NCBI GenBank assembly: GCA_001001185.1
Contig: LCKC01000006.1
Location: 1 to 43,543, forward strand
Length of the DNA stretch: 43,543 nt
Reading direction: 5' to 3'
From: Parcubacteria group bacterium GW2011_GWB1_45_10
GTDB taxonomy: Bacteria > Patescibacteriota > Minisyncoccia > UBA6257 > Brennerbacteraceae
Positions 21,706 to 32,403 of the stretch are shown here, piece by piece. The translations under genes were made by a program, and so were the position numbers. The notes beneath the pieces are model-generated. The model was not told the DNA's origin. It worked only from the letters and a program-made list of their open reading frames with translations, and did not search any database. Within the stretch, counting starts at the first letter, position 1; each line of letters opens with the position of its first letter.

Positions 21706-22371
21706 TTATTCGCTCTTCTTTATCACCATTTTTCTGACGACGGCTTCCTGGCCGAAAAAATTGGTCGCTTTGAACTCAATGATATTTATCTCCGAGTTCA
21801 AGAAAATGTCTTTGCTGAAACTTCCTTTTTCCAAACTGGTCGGCTCGCTGTTAATGAAAAAATCTTTGACTTTTCCGGAAACCCTGCCGGAAACCGAAAG
21901 ATTGCTGAAAATACTGGTGTCGTTAATCTCGTTAAGAACAATCTTTGGCGGCAGAACCAACGCAATAAACTGGTAACCCAGATAAAAAACCAAAGCCAGC
22001 AAAACCAAGAGCCCGGGATTAAACTCCGCCAGCTTGAACGAGGTTTTTGAAGCAAATCGGTTTTGCGGCAAATAATCCTGGTTGCCCGAAGTTTTAAAAC
22101 CTTGAACCGCTTTTGCCAGTTCAGAATAATCAATCTCGGCGAACCGGGAATATTTTTTCAGAATGCCTTTGAGATACGGCATTGAACTGACTCTTTTGAA
22201 ATTATCCGATTCAATTTCAAAAATCAGCTCTTCAGAAATTCCGGAAAGTTGCGAAAACTTCATCCTCGACAAACCGGCGGCTTCGCGAGAATCTTGCAAA
22301 AACTTTCCCAAGCTCTTGGCTTCAAGTGCTTCATTGTTAACGGTTGGCTTCATCTTGATTGTCTTTTTCAA
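21706..22371 (-). CDS. RodZ-like HTH (XRE) membrane protein
   Basis: 221 aa. An N-terminal HTH (LGKFLQDSREAAGLSRMKFSQLSGIS), a central TM helix, and a C-terminal beta-rich domain. Confidence 0.55.
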   Translation of the reverse strand: MKKTIKMKPTVNNEALEAKSLGKFLQDSREAAGLSRMKFSQLSGISEELIFEIESDNFKRVSSMPYLKGILKKYSRFAEIDYSELAKAVQGFKTSGNQDYLPQNRFASKTSFKLAEFNPGLLVLLALVFYLGYQFIALVLPPKIVLNEINDTSIFSNLSVSGRVSGKVKDFFINSEPTSLEKGSFSKDIFLNSEINIIEFKATNFFGQEAVVRKMVIKKSE

Positions 22372-24508
22372 AATCGCTCTCCGGCTTCAGGCTGTCCGGA
22401 GACTGGTCAGAAAAACCTTCTTTTGCGTAAAAAACGTCTCTTGGCTTGGCGCCTTGCGACGGGCCAACCACTCCCCGAGCCTCAAGTAGATCAAGTAATC
22501 TGGCAGCCCGGGCATAGCCGACGCGCAGATGCCTTTGCAGTAAAGACGCCGAGGCTTTGCCGGCTTTGACCACAACATCGTAAGCCTCCTGGTAAAGCTC
22601 GTCGTCGCCAACGTCAAAAAGTGTTTCTTCCGAACTGGAAAAATCCTGCGTCAGCATCTCGGAAAGTTCCGGATCATAGCCGTAATCTTCGCCAAGGAGT
22701 TTTTGGCCTTTTTCTTTCAGGTAAGCGACAACGCGCTCAGACTCTTTTTCCGAGATGAACGGGCCCTGGATTCTTTTCGGCTTTGAGGTATCCGCTGAAA
22801 TAAACAAAGAATCGCCCCGGCCCAGAAGTTTTTCCGCGCCAGCCGCGTCAAGAATCGTCCGGGAATCAACCTGGGAAGCGACCTGGAAAGCGACCCGGGC
22901 AGTGATGTTCGCTTTAATCAATCCGGTAATTACTTCCACTGACGGCCTCTGGGTGGAAACAATCAAGTGAATCCCAGTGGCCCTGGCCATCTGCGACAAG
23001 CGAATAATCATGGCTTCAAGCTCTTTGCCGTAAGTCGCCATTAAGTCAGCCAGTTCATCAATGAAAATAATAATATAGGGCAGGGTTTTTTCTTTGAGGT
23101 GACCGATTTTCTGGTTATAAGAATAAATGTCGCGTGAATGCTCCGCCAAAAGCAGGTCATACCTTCTTTCCATCTCTGAAATCGCCCACTTCAAAGCAAG
23201 AATCGCTTTTTTTCCTTCAGTAATCACCGGCGACAAAAGATAGGGGATGTTTTCATAAGTTGAAAGCTCAACCCGCTTCGGATCAATCAGAATAAACCTC
23301 AGGTTTTGCGGCGAGTTGCGATAAATCAAAGACGTAATCGCGCTGTGAATGAAAATAGACTTACCTGTGCCCGTGGCGCCGGCCACCAGCAAATGAGGCA
23401 GTTTGGAAATATCCGTAAAAATTGCCGAGCCCATGACATCGCGGCCAAGAGGAAAAATCAAAGGATTTTGCGTCTCAGTGTATCCCGGAGCTTCCAGTAA
23501 AGTCCTTAGCCTGACAATGCTCGGCGATTTGTTCGGCACTTCAATGCCGACCAAAGACTTGCCTGGAATCGGCGCTTCAATTCTCAAAGGATGAGCCGCC
23601 AAAGCCAGGGCTAGATCGTTTTGCAAAGCCACGATTCTTGAAAGCTTCATGCCCTGGGCTGGTTTTAAAGTGTATTGCGTGACGGTCGGCCCGATATTCA
23701 CTTCTCCCATTTCCACGGGAATGCCGAAATCTTCAAGCGTCCTCTGAATTATCTGCGAACTCACCCGGGTATCTCCGACAGTCGGTTTGGCGCCATCAAT
23801 CTCAAGCAGATCCAGCGGCGGAAACTCCCAGCCAGCCGCGCCAATAAAAGGCTTGCGCGATTTCTTGGGTTTGAAAAAAGTCTGGCTGGCCGGCTTTTCT
23901 TCAAAACTTTCTTCGGCTGGATTTTCTTTAACCATTTCTTTTAACTCATCTGCCGGTTTTACCAAAATCTCTTTTTTCACCGGCCTGGCCAGAGCCAGTT
24001 TTTCTTTGCGGTCGTTAAAAAATGAAACTGCCAGCTCCCAAAAATCAATCACAAAACCAACGACAAACAGCGCCAAAAACGCAATCAAGCTCGGCAGAAA
24101 ACCAATGACGTTTTCCAGCGAGCCAAAAAACTTCCCAAAAAATCCGGTCAGCCCCGGCTCCAAAACATCGCCCAGACCAAGCAAAGACAAAACCATTAAA
24201 ACCATTCCCAAACCAATGCCAAGATAAAATCCGTCTTCTTCATTTTGTTTAAACAAGAAAACCGCAAAAGCGAAAAAGGCGAACGGCACCAGCCACTTGC
24301 CCAGGCCGAAAAAATCAAACAAAACCGCGGAAAAAAAACCGCCCAGCGGCCCGGAAAGGTTGAAGTAAGAAAATAAAAACAAACAGCCGAGAAAAGCGAA
24401 GAAAACTCCAAGGATAATCCTTTTTACCAAAGGACTGAGGTCCAGGTTTATTTTCGGCAGTTTAAACGACTCAAGCTTCGCTTTTGTTTTTACTCTTTTT
24501 TTAGACAT
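22337..24508 (-). CDS. ftsK: DNA translocase FtsK/SpoIIIE
   Basis: 723 aa. N-terminal TM helices, Walker A GATGTGKS, and a C-terminal gamma winged helix (LLQRHLRVGYARAARLLDLLE). Confidence 0.95.
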   Translation of the reverse strand: MSKKRVKTKAKLESFKLPKINLDLSPLVKRIILGVFFAFLGCLFLFSYFNLSGPLGGFFSAVLFDFFGLGKWLVPFAFFAFAVFLFKQNEEDGFYLGIGLGMVLMVLSLLGLGDVLEPGLTGFFGKFFGSLENVIGFLPSLIAFLALFVVGFVIDFWELAVSFFNDRKEKLALARPVKKEILVKPADELKEMVKENPAEESFEEKPASQTFFKPKKSRKPFIGAAGWEFPPLDLLEIDGAKPTVGDTRVSSQIIQRTLEDFGIPVEMGEVNIGPTVTQYTLKPAQGMKLSRIVALQNDLALALAAHPLRIEAPIPGKSLVGIEVPNKSPSIVRLRTLLEAPGYTETQNPLIFPLGRDVMGSAIFTDISKLPHLLVAGATGTGKSIFIHSAITSLIYRNSPQNLRFILIDPKRVELSTYENIPYLLSPVITEGKKAILALKWAISEMERRYDLLLAEHSRDIYSYNQKIGHLKEKTLPYIIIFIDELADLMATYGKELEAMIIRLSQMARATGIHLIVSTQRPSVEVITGLIKANITARVAFQVASQVDSRTILDAAGAEKLLGRGDSLFISADTSKPKRIQGPFISEKESERVVAYLKEKGQKLLGEDYGYDPELSEMLTQDFSSSEETLFDVGDDELYQEAYDVVVKAGKASASLLQRHLRVGYARAARLLDLLEARGVVGPSQGAKPRDVFYAKEGFSDQSPDSLKPESDFEKDNQDEANR

Positions 24509-24607
24509 TGATTTGCCGGTTCACTATTTATAATAACTAATCTTCAGTAACAAATCAAAACAAACCAAAATCGCAAAATTCCGGCAAAACAAGTTTTGTT
24601 TTAAGGT

Positions 24608-27600
24608 TTATTTCCTGGCTTTTTTAGTCCTGACCAAAGAAGCGTCAGACCGGTCCTGAACGCGAAAACCCGTGCCGGAAGGAATCATTTTTCCGATAAT
24701 CACGTTTTCTTTCAGGCCGCGGAGATGATCAACTTTGCCGGACAAAGCCGCGTCAATCAAAACTCTGGCTGTGTGCTGAAACGACGCCGCGGACAAAAAG
24801 CCTTCGGCGCCCAAAGCGACTTTGGAGATGCCCATCACCAATTGATAAGCCTTGGCCGGTTTTTTCTTGGCTTTCTTCAGTTCATCGTTGACCAAAAAGA
24901 ATCTTGATTTATCAATCACTTCTCCGGGCAAAAAGTTTGAGTCGCCGGTCACTTTAATCTGGACCCGGGAAAACATCAGCTTGACAATCACTTCAAGCCA
25001 GCGGTCGTCAATGTCCGCCCCCTGGGAAACATAAATCTTTTTAATCTCTTTGATAACATACTCTTCCGCCGACCGCTTGCCCAAAGTCAAAAGGATTTCT
25101 TTGATGTCAAAACTGCCTTCGGAAAGCGGCTGTCCTTTTTTAACGACGTCGCCGGCCTTAACCAAAATGCTAAGCCCGGAACTGACCGGATATTCGTCAA
25201 ATTCTTTCCTGGATTTTTTCTTGGTTGATTTTTCCAACGGTTTGATTTTTATCACCCTGTCTGAACCGACCGGCGCAATCTCGTGAACCGCGCCGTCGCG
25301 TTTGCAAAGAGCGGCCTTGCCTTTTGGCGAATGAAGCTCAAAAATCTCTTCAACCCTCGGAAGACCCTGGGTGATGTCCGCGGCCAAAGCTGTGCCGCCG
25401 GTATGGAAAGTCCTTAACGTCAGCTGCGTGCCTGGTTCTCCGATTGACTGAGCCGCGACCACGCCAACCGCATCGCCAAGCTCAACCAGTTTGTTCCGGC
25501 CAAGGTCAAAACCAACGCATTTTCGGCAAAGCCCGAATCTTGTTTTGCAGTAAAGCGGAGACCTGACCCTTAAATGTTCAACGCCCGAATCAACGATTTC
25601 TTTGGCTTTATACCAGTCAATCTCGTCGCCTTTTCTGGCGATAATTTTGTTGCCGAGCTTAACGTCTTCAACCAAAACGCGGCCGAAAATAATCTTGGAA
25701 AAATCCTGGAAAGCCGAACCCAAAACCCTGGTCAAACGTTTTTTGCTGATTAACCGGCCGACAACGTCGCCGCAGTCCTCTTCTTTAACGACCACATCCT
25801 GGGCAACGTCAACCAGTCTTCTGGTCAGGTAACCGGCGTCAGCCGTGCGTAAAGCCGTGTCAACCAAGCCTTTTCTGGCGCCGTGAATGGAAATGAAATA
25901 ATCCAACGGGTTCAGGCCTTCTTTATAGCAGCCTTCAACCGGAATCTCGTAAATCTGGCCGGAAGGACCAGTCACCAAGCCTTTCATGACCATCAGCTGC
26001 TGCGCCTGGTCTTCATTGCCCTGGGCTTTTGAGTTAATCAAATTAAGCACCGGACCGGTCGGCGGCAAAGTTTTGGAAACCAGACCCTTCAGCTCGTAAA
26101 TCGTGTTCGTCCAGACCTGAATGACTTTGACTGATTTTTCTTTGGCGGAAATCAAACCCTGAACAAACTGCTCGCTGATGTTTTCAATCTGTTTTTTGGT
26201 TTCTTTAATCAGGTAATCCCTTTCTTTCGGAATAATCAGGTCATCCATACCCCAGGACAAACCGGAAAGCGTTGAATAAACAAAACCGAGTTTTTTCAGC
26301 TGGTCAAGAAAAGCTCCGGCTTTGGCAATGCCCTGAAAGCGGATGAATTCGTTAATCGTTTTCTGGATTTTTTTCTTGTCCAGCTTGTCGTTGACGAACT
26401 GCGTTTTTTTATCAAGAACCTGATTGAAAATAATCCGGCCGACAGTTGTTTCAAGATACTTGTCTTCAATGTCGCTGAACTTCGGGTTTGAACGGTCAAC
26501 CGGGATTTTTATTTTTTCTCTTAAACCGACGACTTTGACGTCGTGCGCGTAAACCGCTTCTTCAAACGAAGAGAAAATCTTTTTCGCTGACTGATTTTCG
26601 TCGTCAAAACTTGTCAGCCAGTAAATGCCCAAAGTCATGTCTTTTGAAGGTTCGGCAATCGGATCGCCGGTCGCCGGTTTCAAAACATTGTTTGTTGAAA
26701 GCATGATTTCTTTGGCTTCCAGCTGGGCTTCTTCAGATAAAGGCAGGTGAATGGCCATGGCGTCGCCGTCAAAGTCCGCGTTGAACGCCTGACAAACCAT
26801 CGGCGGAATCTGAATCGCCAAACCCTCAATCAAAATCGGCTTGAACGCTTGGATTGAAAGCCGGTGCAGAGTCGGCGCCCGATTGAGCAGCATGTATTTG
26901 TCGCGGATAACTTCTTCCAAAATCTCCCAAACAACCGGGTCGTAATCTTCAATCATTCTTGAGGCGGCTTTGGTGTTATGAGCGATTTCGCGCGAAACCA
27001 GACCGTTTATCACAAACGGTTTGAAAATCTCCAGAGCCATTTTTTTCGGCACGCCGCACTGATCAAGGTGAAGTTCCGGACCGACGACAATCACTGACCG
27101 GCCGGAGTAGTCAACTCTCTTGCCCAAAAGATTCTGGCGGAACCGGCCTTGTTTGCCTTTTAAAATGTCTGCCAGAGACCTTAACGGCCGGCGGTTGGAA
27201 GCCAGGGCGGCCTGGGGACCTGACTGGGTTTTTCTTGACGAATTATCAATCAAAGCGTCAACGGCTTCCTGGAGCATTCTTTTTTCGTTCCTGACAATGA
27301 CCTCGGGAGAGTTAATCTCGATTAATTTGCGCAAACGGTTGTTGCGGTTGATAATCCGGCGGTAAAGGTCGTTTAAATCTGATGAAGCATAGCGGCCGCC
27401 GTCCAGCTGAACCATTGGCCTTAAGTCCGGAGGAATCACCGGCAGCACCGTCAAGAACATTGACTCGGGCTTAATGCCGGCGTCAATGACTGATTTAACG
27501 AGCCTCAATCTGATCAAAAGTTTTTTTCGGGAAAGCGATTTTTTGTTCTGGATTTCTTTGGCCAGACTGCGATATAATTTTTTCAAATCAAGCTCCTGCA

Positions 27601-28333
27601 AAATTTTTCTCACTGGTTCGGAACCGGTTTCCGCTTCGAAAATGTGGCCGAACTTCATCGCCATCTGCTGGTATTCAAGTTCAGTCAGGATTCTTCCTTT
27701 TTGAATCGTTTGGATTTCGTCTTTTGTTCTTTTGTAAGAAAGCTCAAGTTTTTTCAGATTTTCTTCCAAAGATTTCCCTTTCTGCTCTTTTTTCAGAGCT
27801 TTGGTTTTTGAAGAAAACTCAATCGCCAGCTCTTCCAAAACTCTTTTCTTGGCTTCGTCGTCAACCGAAACAATGATGTAGCCGGTGTAATAAACGACTT
27901 TTTCAAGCTGGGGCAGAGAAATGTCAAGCAATGTGCCGATCCTTGAAGGAATGCCTCTCAAAAACCAGATGTGGGAGCACGGCGCCGCCAAAGTGATGGA
28001 GCCCATTCTTTCGCGCCTGACAATCGAGTTGGTGACCTCAACGCCGCAACGGTCGCAGACCACACCCTTGTAGCGCATTTTTTTATATTTGCCGCAGTAG
28101 CATTCATAGTCTTTCGTCGGGCCGAAAATCCTTTCGGAAAACAAGCCGTCTTTTTCCGGACGCTGGGTGCGGTAATTGATGGTTTCCGGCTTGATGATTT
28201 CTCCGTAAGACCACTGCAAAATATCTTCAGCCGAAGCCAAAAAAAGTTTCAAAGCGTCAAAATCAACAATGCTCAAGAGGCTTTGCTGGTTTTGCTTTTT
28301 TTCGATTTTGTTCGGTTGAATGGCACTTCTCAT
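24608..28333 (-). CDS. rpoC: DNA-directed RNA polymerase subunit beta'
   Basis: 1241 aa. NADFDGD motif and a Zn-binding CxC..CxxC N-terminus. Confidence 0.98.
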   Translation of the reverse strand: MRSAIQPNKIEKKQNQQSLLSIVDFDALKLFLASAEDILQWSYGEIIKPETINYRTQRPEKDGLFSERIFGPTKDYECYCGKYKKMRYKGVVCDRCGVEVTNSIVRRERMGSITLAAPCSHIWFLRGIPSRIGTLLDISLPQLEKVVYYTGYIIVSVDDEAKKRVLEELAIEFSSKTKALKKEQKGKSLEENLKKLELSYKRTKDEIQTIQKGRILTELEYQQMAMKFGHIFEAETGSEPVRKILQELDLKKLYRSLAKEIQNKKSLSRKKLLIRLRLVKSVIDAGIKPESMFLTVLPVIPPDLRPMVQLDGGRYASSDLNDLYRRIINRNNRLRKLIEINSPEVIVRNEKRMLQEAVDALIDNSSRKTQSGPQAALASNRRPLRSLADILKGKQGRFRQNLLGKRVDYSGRSVIVVGPELHLDQCGVPKKMALEIFKPFVINGLVSREIAHNTKAASRMIEDYDPVVWEILEEVIRDKYMLLNRAPTLHRLSIQAFKPILIEGLAIQIPPMVCQAFNADFDGDAMAIHLPLSEEAQLEAKEIMLSTNNVLKPATGDPIAEPSKDMTLGIYWLTSFDDENQSAKKIFSSFEEAVYAHDVKVVGLREKIKIPVDRSNPKFSDIEDKYLETTVGRIIFNQVLDKKTQFVNDKLDKKKIQKTINEFIRFQGIAKAGAFLDQLKKLGFVYSTLSGLSWGMDDLIIPKERDYLIKETKKQIENISEQFVQGLISAKEKSVKVIQVWTNTIYELKGLVSKTLPPTGPVLNLINSKAQGNEDQAQQLMVMKGLVTGPSGQIYEIPVEGCYKEGLNPLDYFISIHGARKGLVDTALRTADAGYLTRRLVDVAQDVVVKEEDCGDVVGRLISKKRLTRVLGSAFQDFSKIIFGRVLVEDVKLGNKIIARKGDEIDWYKAKEIVDSGVEHLRVRSPLYCKTRFGLCRKCVGFDLGRNKLVELGDAVGVVAAQSIGEPGTQLTLRTFHTGGTALAADITQGLPRVEEIFELHSPKGKAALCKRDGAVHEIAPVGSDRVIKIKPLEKSTKKKSRKEFDEYPVSSGLSILVKAGDVVKKGQPLSEGSFDIKEILLTLGKRSAEEYVIKEIKKIYVSQGADIDDRWLEVIVKLMFSRVQIKVTGDSNFLPGEVIDKSRFFLVNDELKKAKKKPAKAYQLVMGISKVALGAEGFLSAASFQHTARVLIDAALSGKVDHLRGLKENVIIGKMIPSGTGFRVQDRSDASLVRTKKARK

Positions 28334-28366
28334 TTTATTTTATGTTTGTCGCTTTATCTTTAAAAA

Positions 28367-31300
28367 TCAGGCTTCATCCTGTTTATCTTCTTCCGCCCGC
28401 CTCTCGGCCAAAGTTTTTTCGCCAATAATCTTGACGCCCAGGGCCATGCCCTTCAGTTCGTTGACCAAAACCACGAAAGACGCCGGGATGTTCGGTTTTC
28501 TGATTGGCTCGCCCTTGACCAATGATTCGTAAGTTGAGGCCCGACCGAAAATGTCGTCGGATTTAATCGTCAAAATTTCCTGCAAAGTATGGGCCGCGCC
28601 ATAGCCTTCCAAAGCCCAAACCTCCATCTCGCCGAATCTCTGGCCGCCGCCCCTGGCTTTGCCGCCAAGCGGCTGCTGGGTAATCAAAGAATATGGGCCG
28701 ATTGAGCGCATGTGAATCTTATCTTCAACCAAATGATTAAGTTTCATCAGATAAATGCTGCCGACCGTGATTTTGTCGCCCAAAACCTCGCCGGTTTTGC
28801 CGTCAAAAACAGTTGTCTGGCCTGACTCGGGAAGGCCGGCTTTCGCCAGCTCTTCTTTAATGTCTTTTTCGCGGGCGCCGGAAAAAACCGGGGTAATCGC
28901 GCGATAACCCAGTTTTGCCGCGGCCCAGCCAAGATGAGTTTCCAAAATCTGACCAAGATTCATTCTTTTGACCACGCCGACAGGGTTTAAAATCACGTCA
29001 ATCGGCGTGCCGTCAGCCAGATACGGCATGTCCTCAACCGGCACAATGATTGAAACCACGCCTTTGTTTCCGTGGCGGCCGGCCAGCTTGTCGCCGACCA
29101 TGATTTTTCTCAACTCCGCCACTTGAACGTGGACCCTTTTGATTACTCCCGGCGGCAGTTTGTCGCCGCGATCCCGGGAAAAGATTTTAATGCTGATAAT
29201 CCGGCCCTGCCTGCCATACTCAAGCCTCAAAGAGCTGTCTTTGACTTCTTTGGCTTTTTCGCCGAAAATCGCGCGCAAAAGCTTTTCTTCGGCAGAAAGC
29301 TCTTCTTCTCCGCGGGGCGTAATCTTGCCGACAAGAATGTCATTTTCCCTGACCTCGGCGCCGATCCGGACAATGCCTTCTTCATCAAGGTCTTTCAGTC
29401 TTTCTTCGGAAACATTTGGAATGTCCGGGGTTGTCTGTTCGTCGCCGAGCTTTGTTTCCCTGACGTCGCAGGTGAATTCGTGAATGTGAACCGAAGAAAA
29501 AATGTCTTCTTTGACGACTTTTTCAGAGATAATAATCGCGTCTTCAAAGTTGTAACCGCCCCAGGGCATGAACGCCACCATCATGTTCTGGCCCAAAGCC
29601 AGGCTGCCGTTTTCCGTTGATTCGCCGTCGGCAATCACCTGTCCTTTTTTGACTTTATCGCCTTTCTTGACCATGGTTTTTTGGTTAATGCAGGTGTACT
29701 GGTTGGTGATGGCAAACTTTTTCAGTTCATAACTCCGCTCAACTTTTTCCGGCGCGGCGTATCTGATGGAAATTCTTGAAGCGTCGGCCGACAAAACCTC
29801 ACCATCGCCTTCGGCAATCACCATTTCGCCGGAATCGTAGGCGGCTTTTTCTTCAAAACCAGTGCTGACTAAAGGCGCCTGGGGAATGACGCAGGGAACG
29901 GCCTGGCGCTGCATGTTTGAACCCATCAATGCCCGGTTGCCGTCAGTGTTTTCCAAAAACGGAATCAGCCCGGTGGCAATCGAGATTAACTGCTGCGGCG
30001 AAGCGTCAACATACTCAACGTCTTTCAGATGAACAACCAAAATGTCATGCCCTTTCCTGACCTTGACTTCTTTTTCAGTCAATAATCCTTTCTCATCGCG
30101 CGCCACCGTGCCGTGGGCAATCAAATATTTTTCTTCTTCATAAGCGTCCATCCAATGAATCTCGGTTAAAACTTTGCCGTCCTTAACTTTAAGATACGGA
30201 GTTTCAATAAACCCGAGTTTGTTAATCCTGGAATAACTTGAAAAATGGGAAACCAGGCCAATATTCTGGCCTTCCGGAGTCTGCACCGGGCAGATCCGGC
30301 CGTAGTGGCTGAGATGGACGTCGCGGACCTCAAGCCCGGCTCGTTCTCTTTTCAAACCGCCCGGACCCAAACTGGAGATTGTTCTTTTATGTTCAAGCTG
30401 CGACAAGGGATTGGTCTGTTCCGTAAAATGCGACAGCTGCGAAGTCATTAAAAAGTCTTTGACGGCGTTGATTAAAGGCCGCGGGAAAATCAGCTGGGCC
30501 GGATTTGAAGTCGCCAAATCAATGGTTGACATCCGATCCTGGATGGTCCGCCTCATTCTGGAGATGCCGACAATTAACCGGTCGCGCAGAATTTCGCCGA
30601 CCGCCCTGACTCTCCGGTTGCCCAGGTGATCGATGTCGTCGGGAATTGCGCCCAGAGTGGTGTTCAAACGGATAATTTCCTTGACGACCGCGACCAAATC
30701 TTTTTTGTCCAAAAGCCTTTCTTGAGGCGTGTAGTTTTTCGCTTTGTTTTCGTTAAACAGTCTTTGGTTGAACTTAAACCGGCCAACATCGGAAAGATCG
30801 TAGCGCTCCGGCCGTTTAAACATGGCGTCAAGAAAAGACTTGGCGTTTTCAAAAACCGCCATCTCGCCCGGGCGAAGACGCTTATAAACATCAAGATAAG
30901 CCGAGGTGACGTCTTTGGCGGAATCAACCTTCAAAGTCTTTTGTATGTACCCGGTTTTATCAACGCCGGCAAAAGCCTTTAAAATCTCCTGGTCGGTTTC
31001 CAAACCGAAGACTCTTAACAGGGAGGTGACATGGATTCTGCGTTTTTTGTCAATCCGGACGCCGATCGTGCCGGCCATGTCCGTGTCAAACTCGATCCAA
31101 GAGCCGCGGCCGGGCAGAATCTTGGCGCCGAAAAGTTTTTTCGCTCTTGAAGCGTTTTCAACAAAATAAACCCCAGATGAACGGATCAACTGGGAGATAA
31201 CCACACGCTCGACGCCGTTAACAATAAAAGTTCCTTTGGAAGTCATCATCGGCATCTCGCCAAGATAAATTTCCTGCTCTTTGACTTCGCCGGTTTTTTT

Positions 31301-31579
31301 ATTGACCAGGCTGACCAAAACCCTCCAGGGCGCCTCAAAAGTCAGAAAATCGCGCCGGGCTTTGAGCTCCGAAGTTTTTGGCTCGTCAAACCAGTAGCGG
31401 CCGAAATGAAGCTCAAGGTCTTTGCCGGTGTAGTCTTTAACCGGCGAATATTCTGAAAAAACCTGTTTAATGCCCTCTTCAATGAACCAGCGAAAAGACC
31501 GGAACTGATTTTCGTCAAGTTTCGGCAGCGGCAGGCTTTCTTTGGGGATTGATGAAAAAACTTTGGTTTTGGCAAGCAT
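28367..31579 (-). CDS. rpoB: DNA-directed RNA polymerase subunit beta
   Basis: Conserved blocks GRHGNKGVVS and GGQRFGEMEVWALE. ATG 31579 (MLAKTKVF) is preferred over the TTG at 31603. Confidence 0.98.
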   Translation of the reverse strand: MLAKTKVFSSIPKESLPLPKLDENQFRSFRWFIEEGIKQVFSEYSPVKDYTGKDLELHFGRYWFDEPKTSELKARRDFLTFEAPWRVLVSLVNKKTGEVKEQEIYLGEMPMMTSKGTFIVNGVERVVISQLIRSSGVYFVENASRAKKLFGAKILPGRGSWIEFDTDMAGTIGVRIDKKRRIHVTSLLRVFGLETDQEILKAFAGVDKTGYIQKTLKVDSAKDVTSAYLDVYKRLRPGEMAVFENAKSFLDAMFKRPERYDLSDVGRFKFNQRLFNENKAKNYTPQERLLDKKDLVAVVKEIIRLNTTLGAIPDDIDHLGNRRVRAVGEILRDRLIVGISRMRRTIQDRMSTIDLATSNPAQLIFPRPLINAVKDFLMTSQLSHFTEQTNPLSQLEHKRTISSLGPGGLKRERAGLEVRDVHLSHYGRICPVQTPEGQNIGLVSHFSSYSRINKLGFIETPYLKVKDGKVLTEIHWMDAYEEEKYLIAHGTVARDEKGLLTEKEVKVRKGHDILVVHLKDVEYVDASPQQLISIATGLIPFLENTDGNRALMGSNMQRQAVPCVIPQAPLVSTGFEEKAAYDSGEMVIAEGDGEVLSADASRISIRYAAPEKVERSYELKKFAITNQYTCINQKTMVKKGDKVKKGQVIADGESTENGSLALGQNMMVAFMPWGGYNFEDAIIISEKVVKEDIFSSVHIHEFTCDVRETKLGDEQTTPDIPNVSEERLKDLDEEGIVRIGAEVRENDILVGKITPRGEEELSAEEKLLRAIFGEKAKEVKDSSLRLEYGRQGRIISIKIFSRDRGDKLPPGVIKRVHVQVAELRKIMVGDKLAGRHGNKGVVSIIVPVEDMPYLADGTPIDVILNPVGVVKRMNLGQILETHLGWAAAKLGYRAITPVFSGAREKDIKEELAKAGLPESGQTTVFDGKTGEVLGDKITVGSIYLMKLNHLVEDKIHMRSIGPYSLITQQPLGGKARGGGQRFGEMEVWALEGYGAAHTLQEILTIKSDDIFGRASTYESLVKGEPIRKPNIPASFVVLVNELKGMALGVKIIGEKTLAERRAEEDKQDEA

Positions 31580-31684
31580 ATTCTTACAGACAAAGAAAAA
31601 CAAAAATTCTCTTCAAAAAGAGTTTTCTCAAAAAAGCTTTAATCTTTACTTGTTAATCCCAGCTGGAATAATCTTGGTTAATTA

Positions 31685-31942
31685 TTAATCTTTGATGGGT
31701 TTATCAAAAAAACTCGCGATTTTCCTTGCTTTCAGCAAGGCTTCAATAATATAAGCGTCCAAAAGACTGCTTTCTTCGGAAAGTTTTATGTGTAAAAAAT
31801 CAATAAGGCTGAGCTTTATTCTACGCGATTTCAGAAATTTGTCAAGAACTTCAGTGAAATCCCGGTTTTTTTCAACCTCAAAGCTGAAAAACCTCGATTT
31901 TTGCTTTGAAGCGGTTTTCAGAGAAAAAGAAACAACTGTCAT
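31685..31942 (-). CDS. hypothetical protein (85 aa)
   Basis: ORF upstream of rpoB, in the position where rplJ/rplL usually sit. No similarity recognised. Confidence 0.45.
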   Translation of the reverse strand: MTVVSFSLKTASKQKSRFFSFEVEKNRDFTEVLDKFLKSRRIKLSLIDFLHIKLSEESSLLDAYIIEALLKARKIASFFDKPIKD

Positions 31943-31977
31943 TGGCTTAATCTTGGCTTATTTTACCACAAAACAAT

Positions 31978-32004
31978 AAATCCCGCGTTTTTCTTGCGGG
32001 ATTT
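31978..32004 (-). terminator. intrinsic terminator after 32003..32320
   Basis: AAATCCCGC/GCGGGATTT stem. On the minus strand it is followed by ATTGTTTTGTGG. Confidence 0.6.
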
Positions 32005-32320
32005 ATCCGTGATGAGCAAGCTGCCTGATTTTATCAAGCACGGCAATCAAAACAATTGCCAGGCTGATGAAAAATATCGGGCTGGCGTCAACCTTGTTTT
32101 CCGGGCCGAGCTGGCTAAACCCTGTTTCCGGAATCAGGGTCGGAAAAATAAGTTTTGGCTGCGGTGTCAGCTCAAGCAAAAAAGGCGTGACTGTTGGTGT
32201 TGCGGACAGTTCGCAGGCCAGATTGTTTTCACAGGTTATGGTTTCATAAACAACCCCGCCGGCGAAAAAAATCATGGTCAGCAAACACAAAACCGGGAAA
32301 ACCAGAAGTATGTATTTCAT
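32003..32320 (-). CDS. small surface protein with a possible sortase-type sorting signal
   Basis: 105 aa. N-terminal signal peptide, then LIPETG followed by the hydrophobic stretch IFFISLAIVLIAVL and the basic DKIRQ tail. Confidence 0.45.
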   Translation of the reverse strand: MKYILLVFPVLCLLTMIFFAGGVVYETITCENNLACELSATPTVTPFLLELTPQPKLIFPTLIPETGFSQLGPENKVDASPIFFISLAIVLIAVLDKIRQLAHHG

Positions 32321-32403
32321 CCAAACCTCCTTTCTTTTGGCTCGGCATAATTAAACACCCGCTGACTCCAGTTGTCAATGGAGGCCTGTTTTTGAGTTTT
32401 CTT

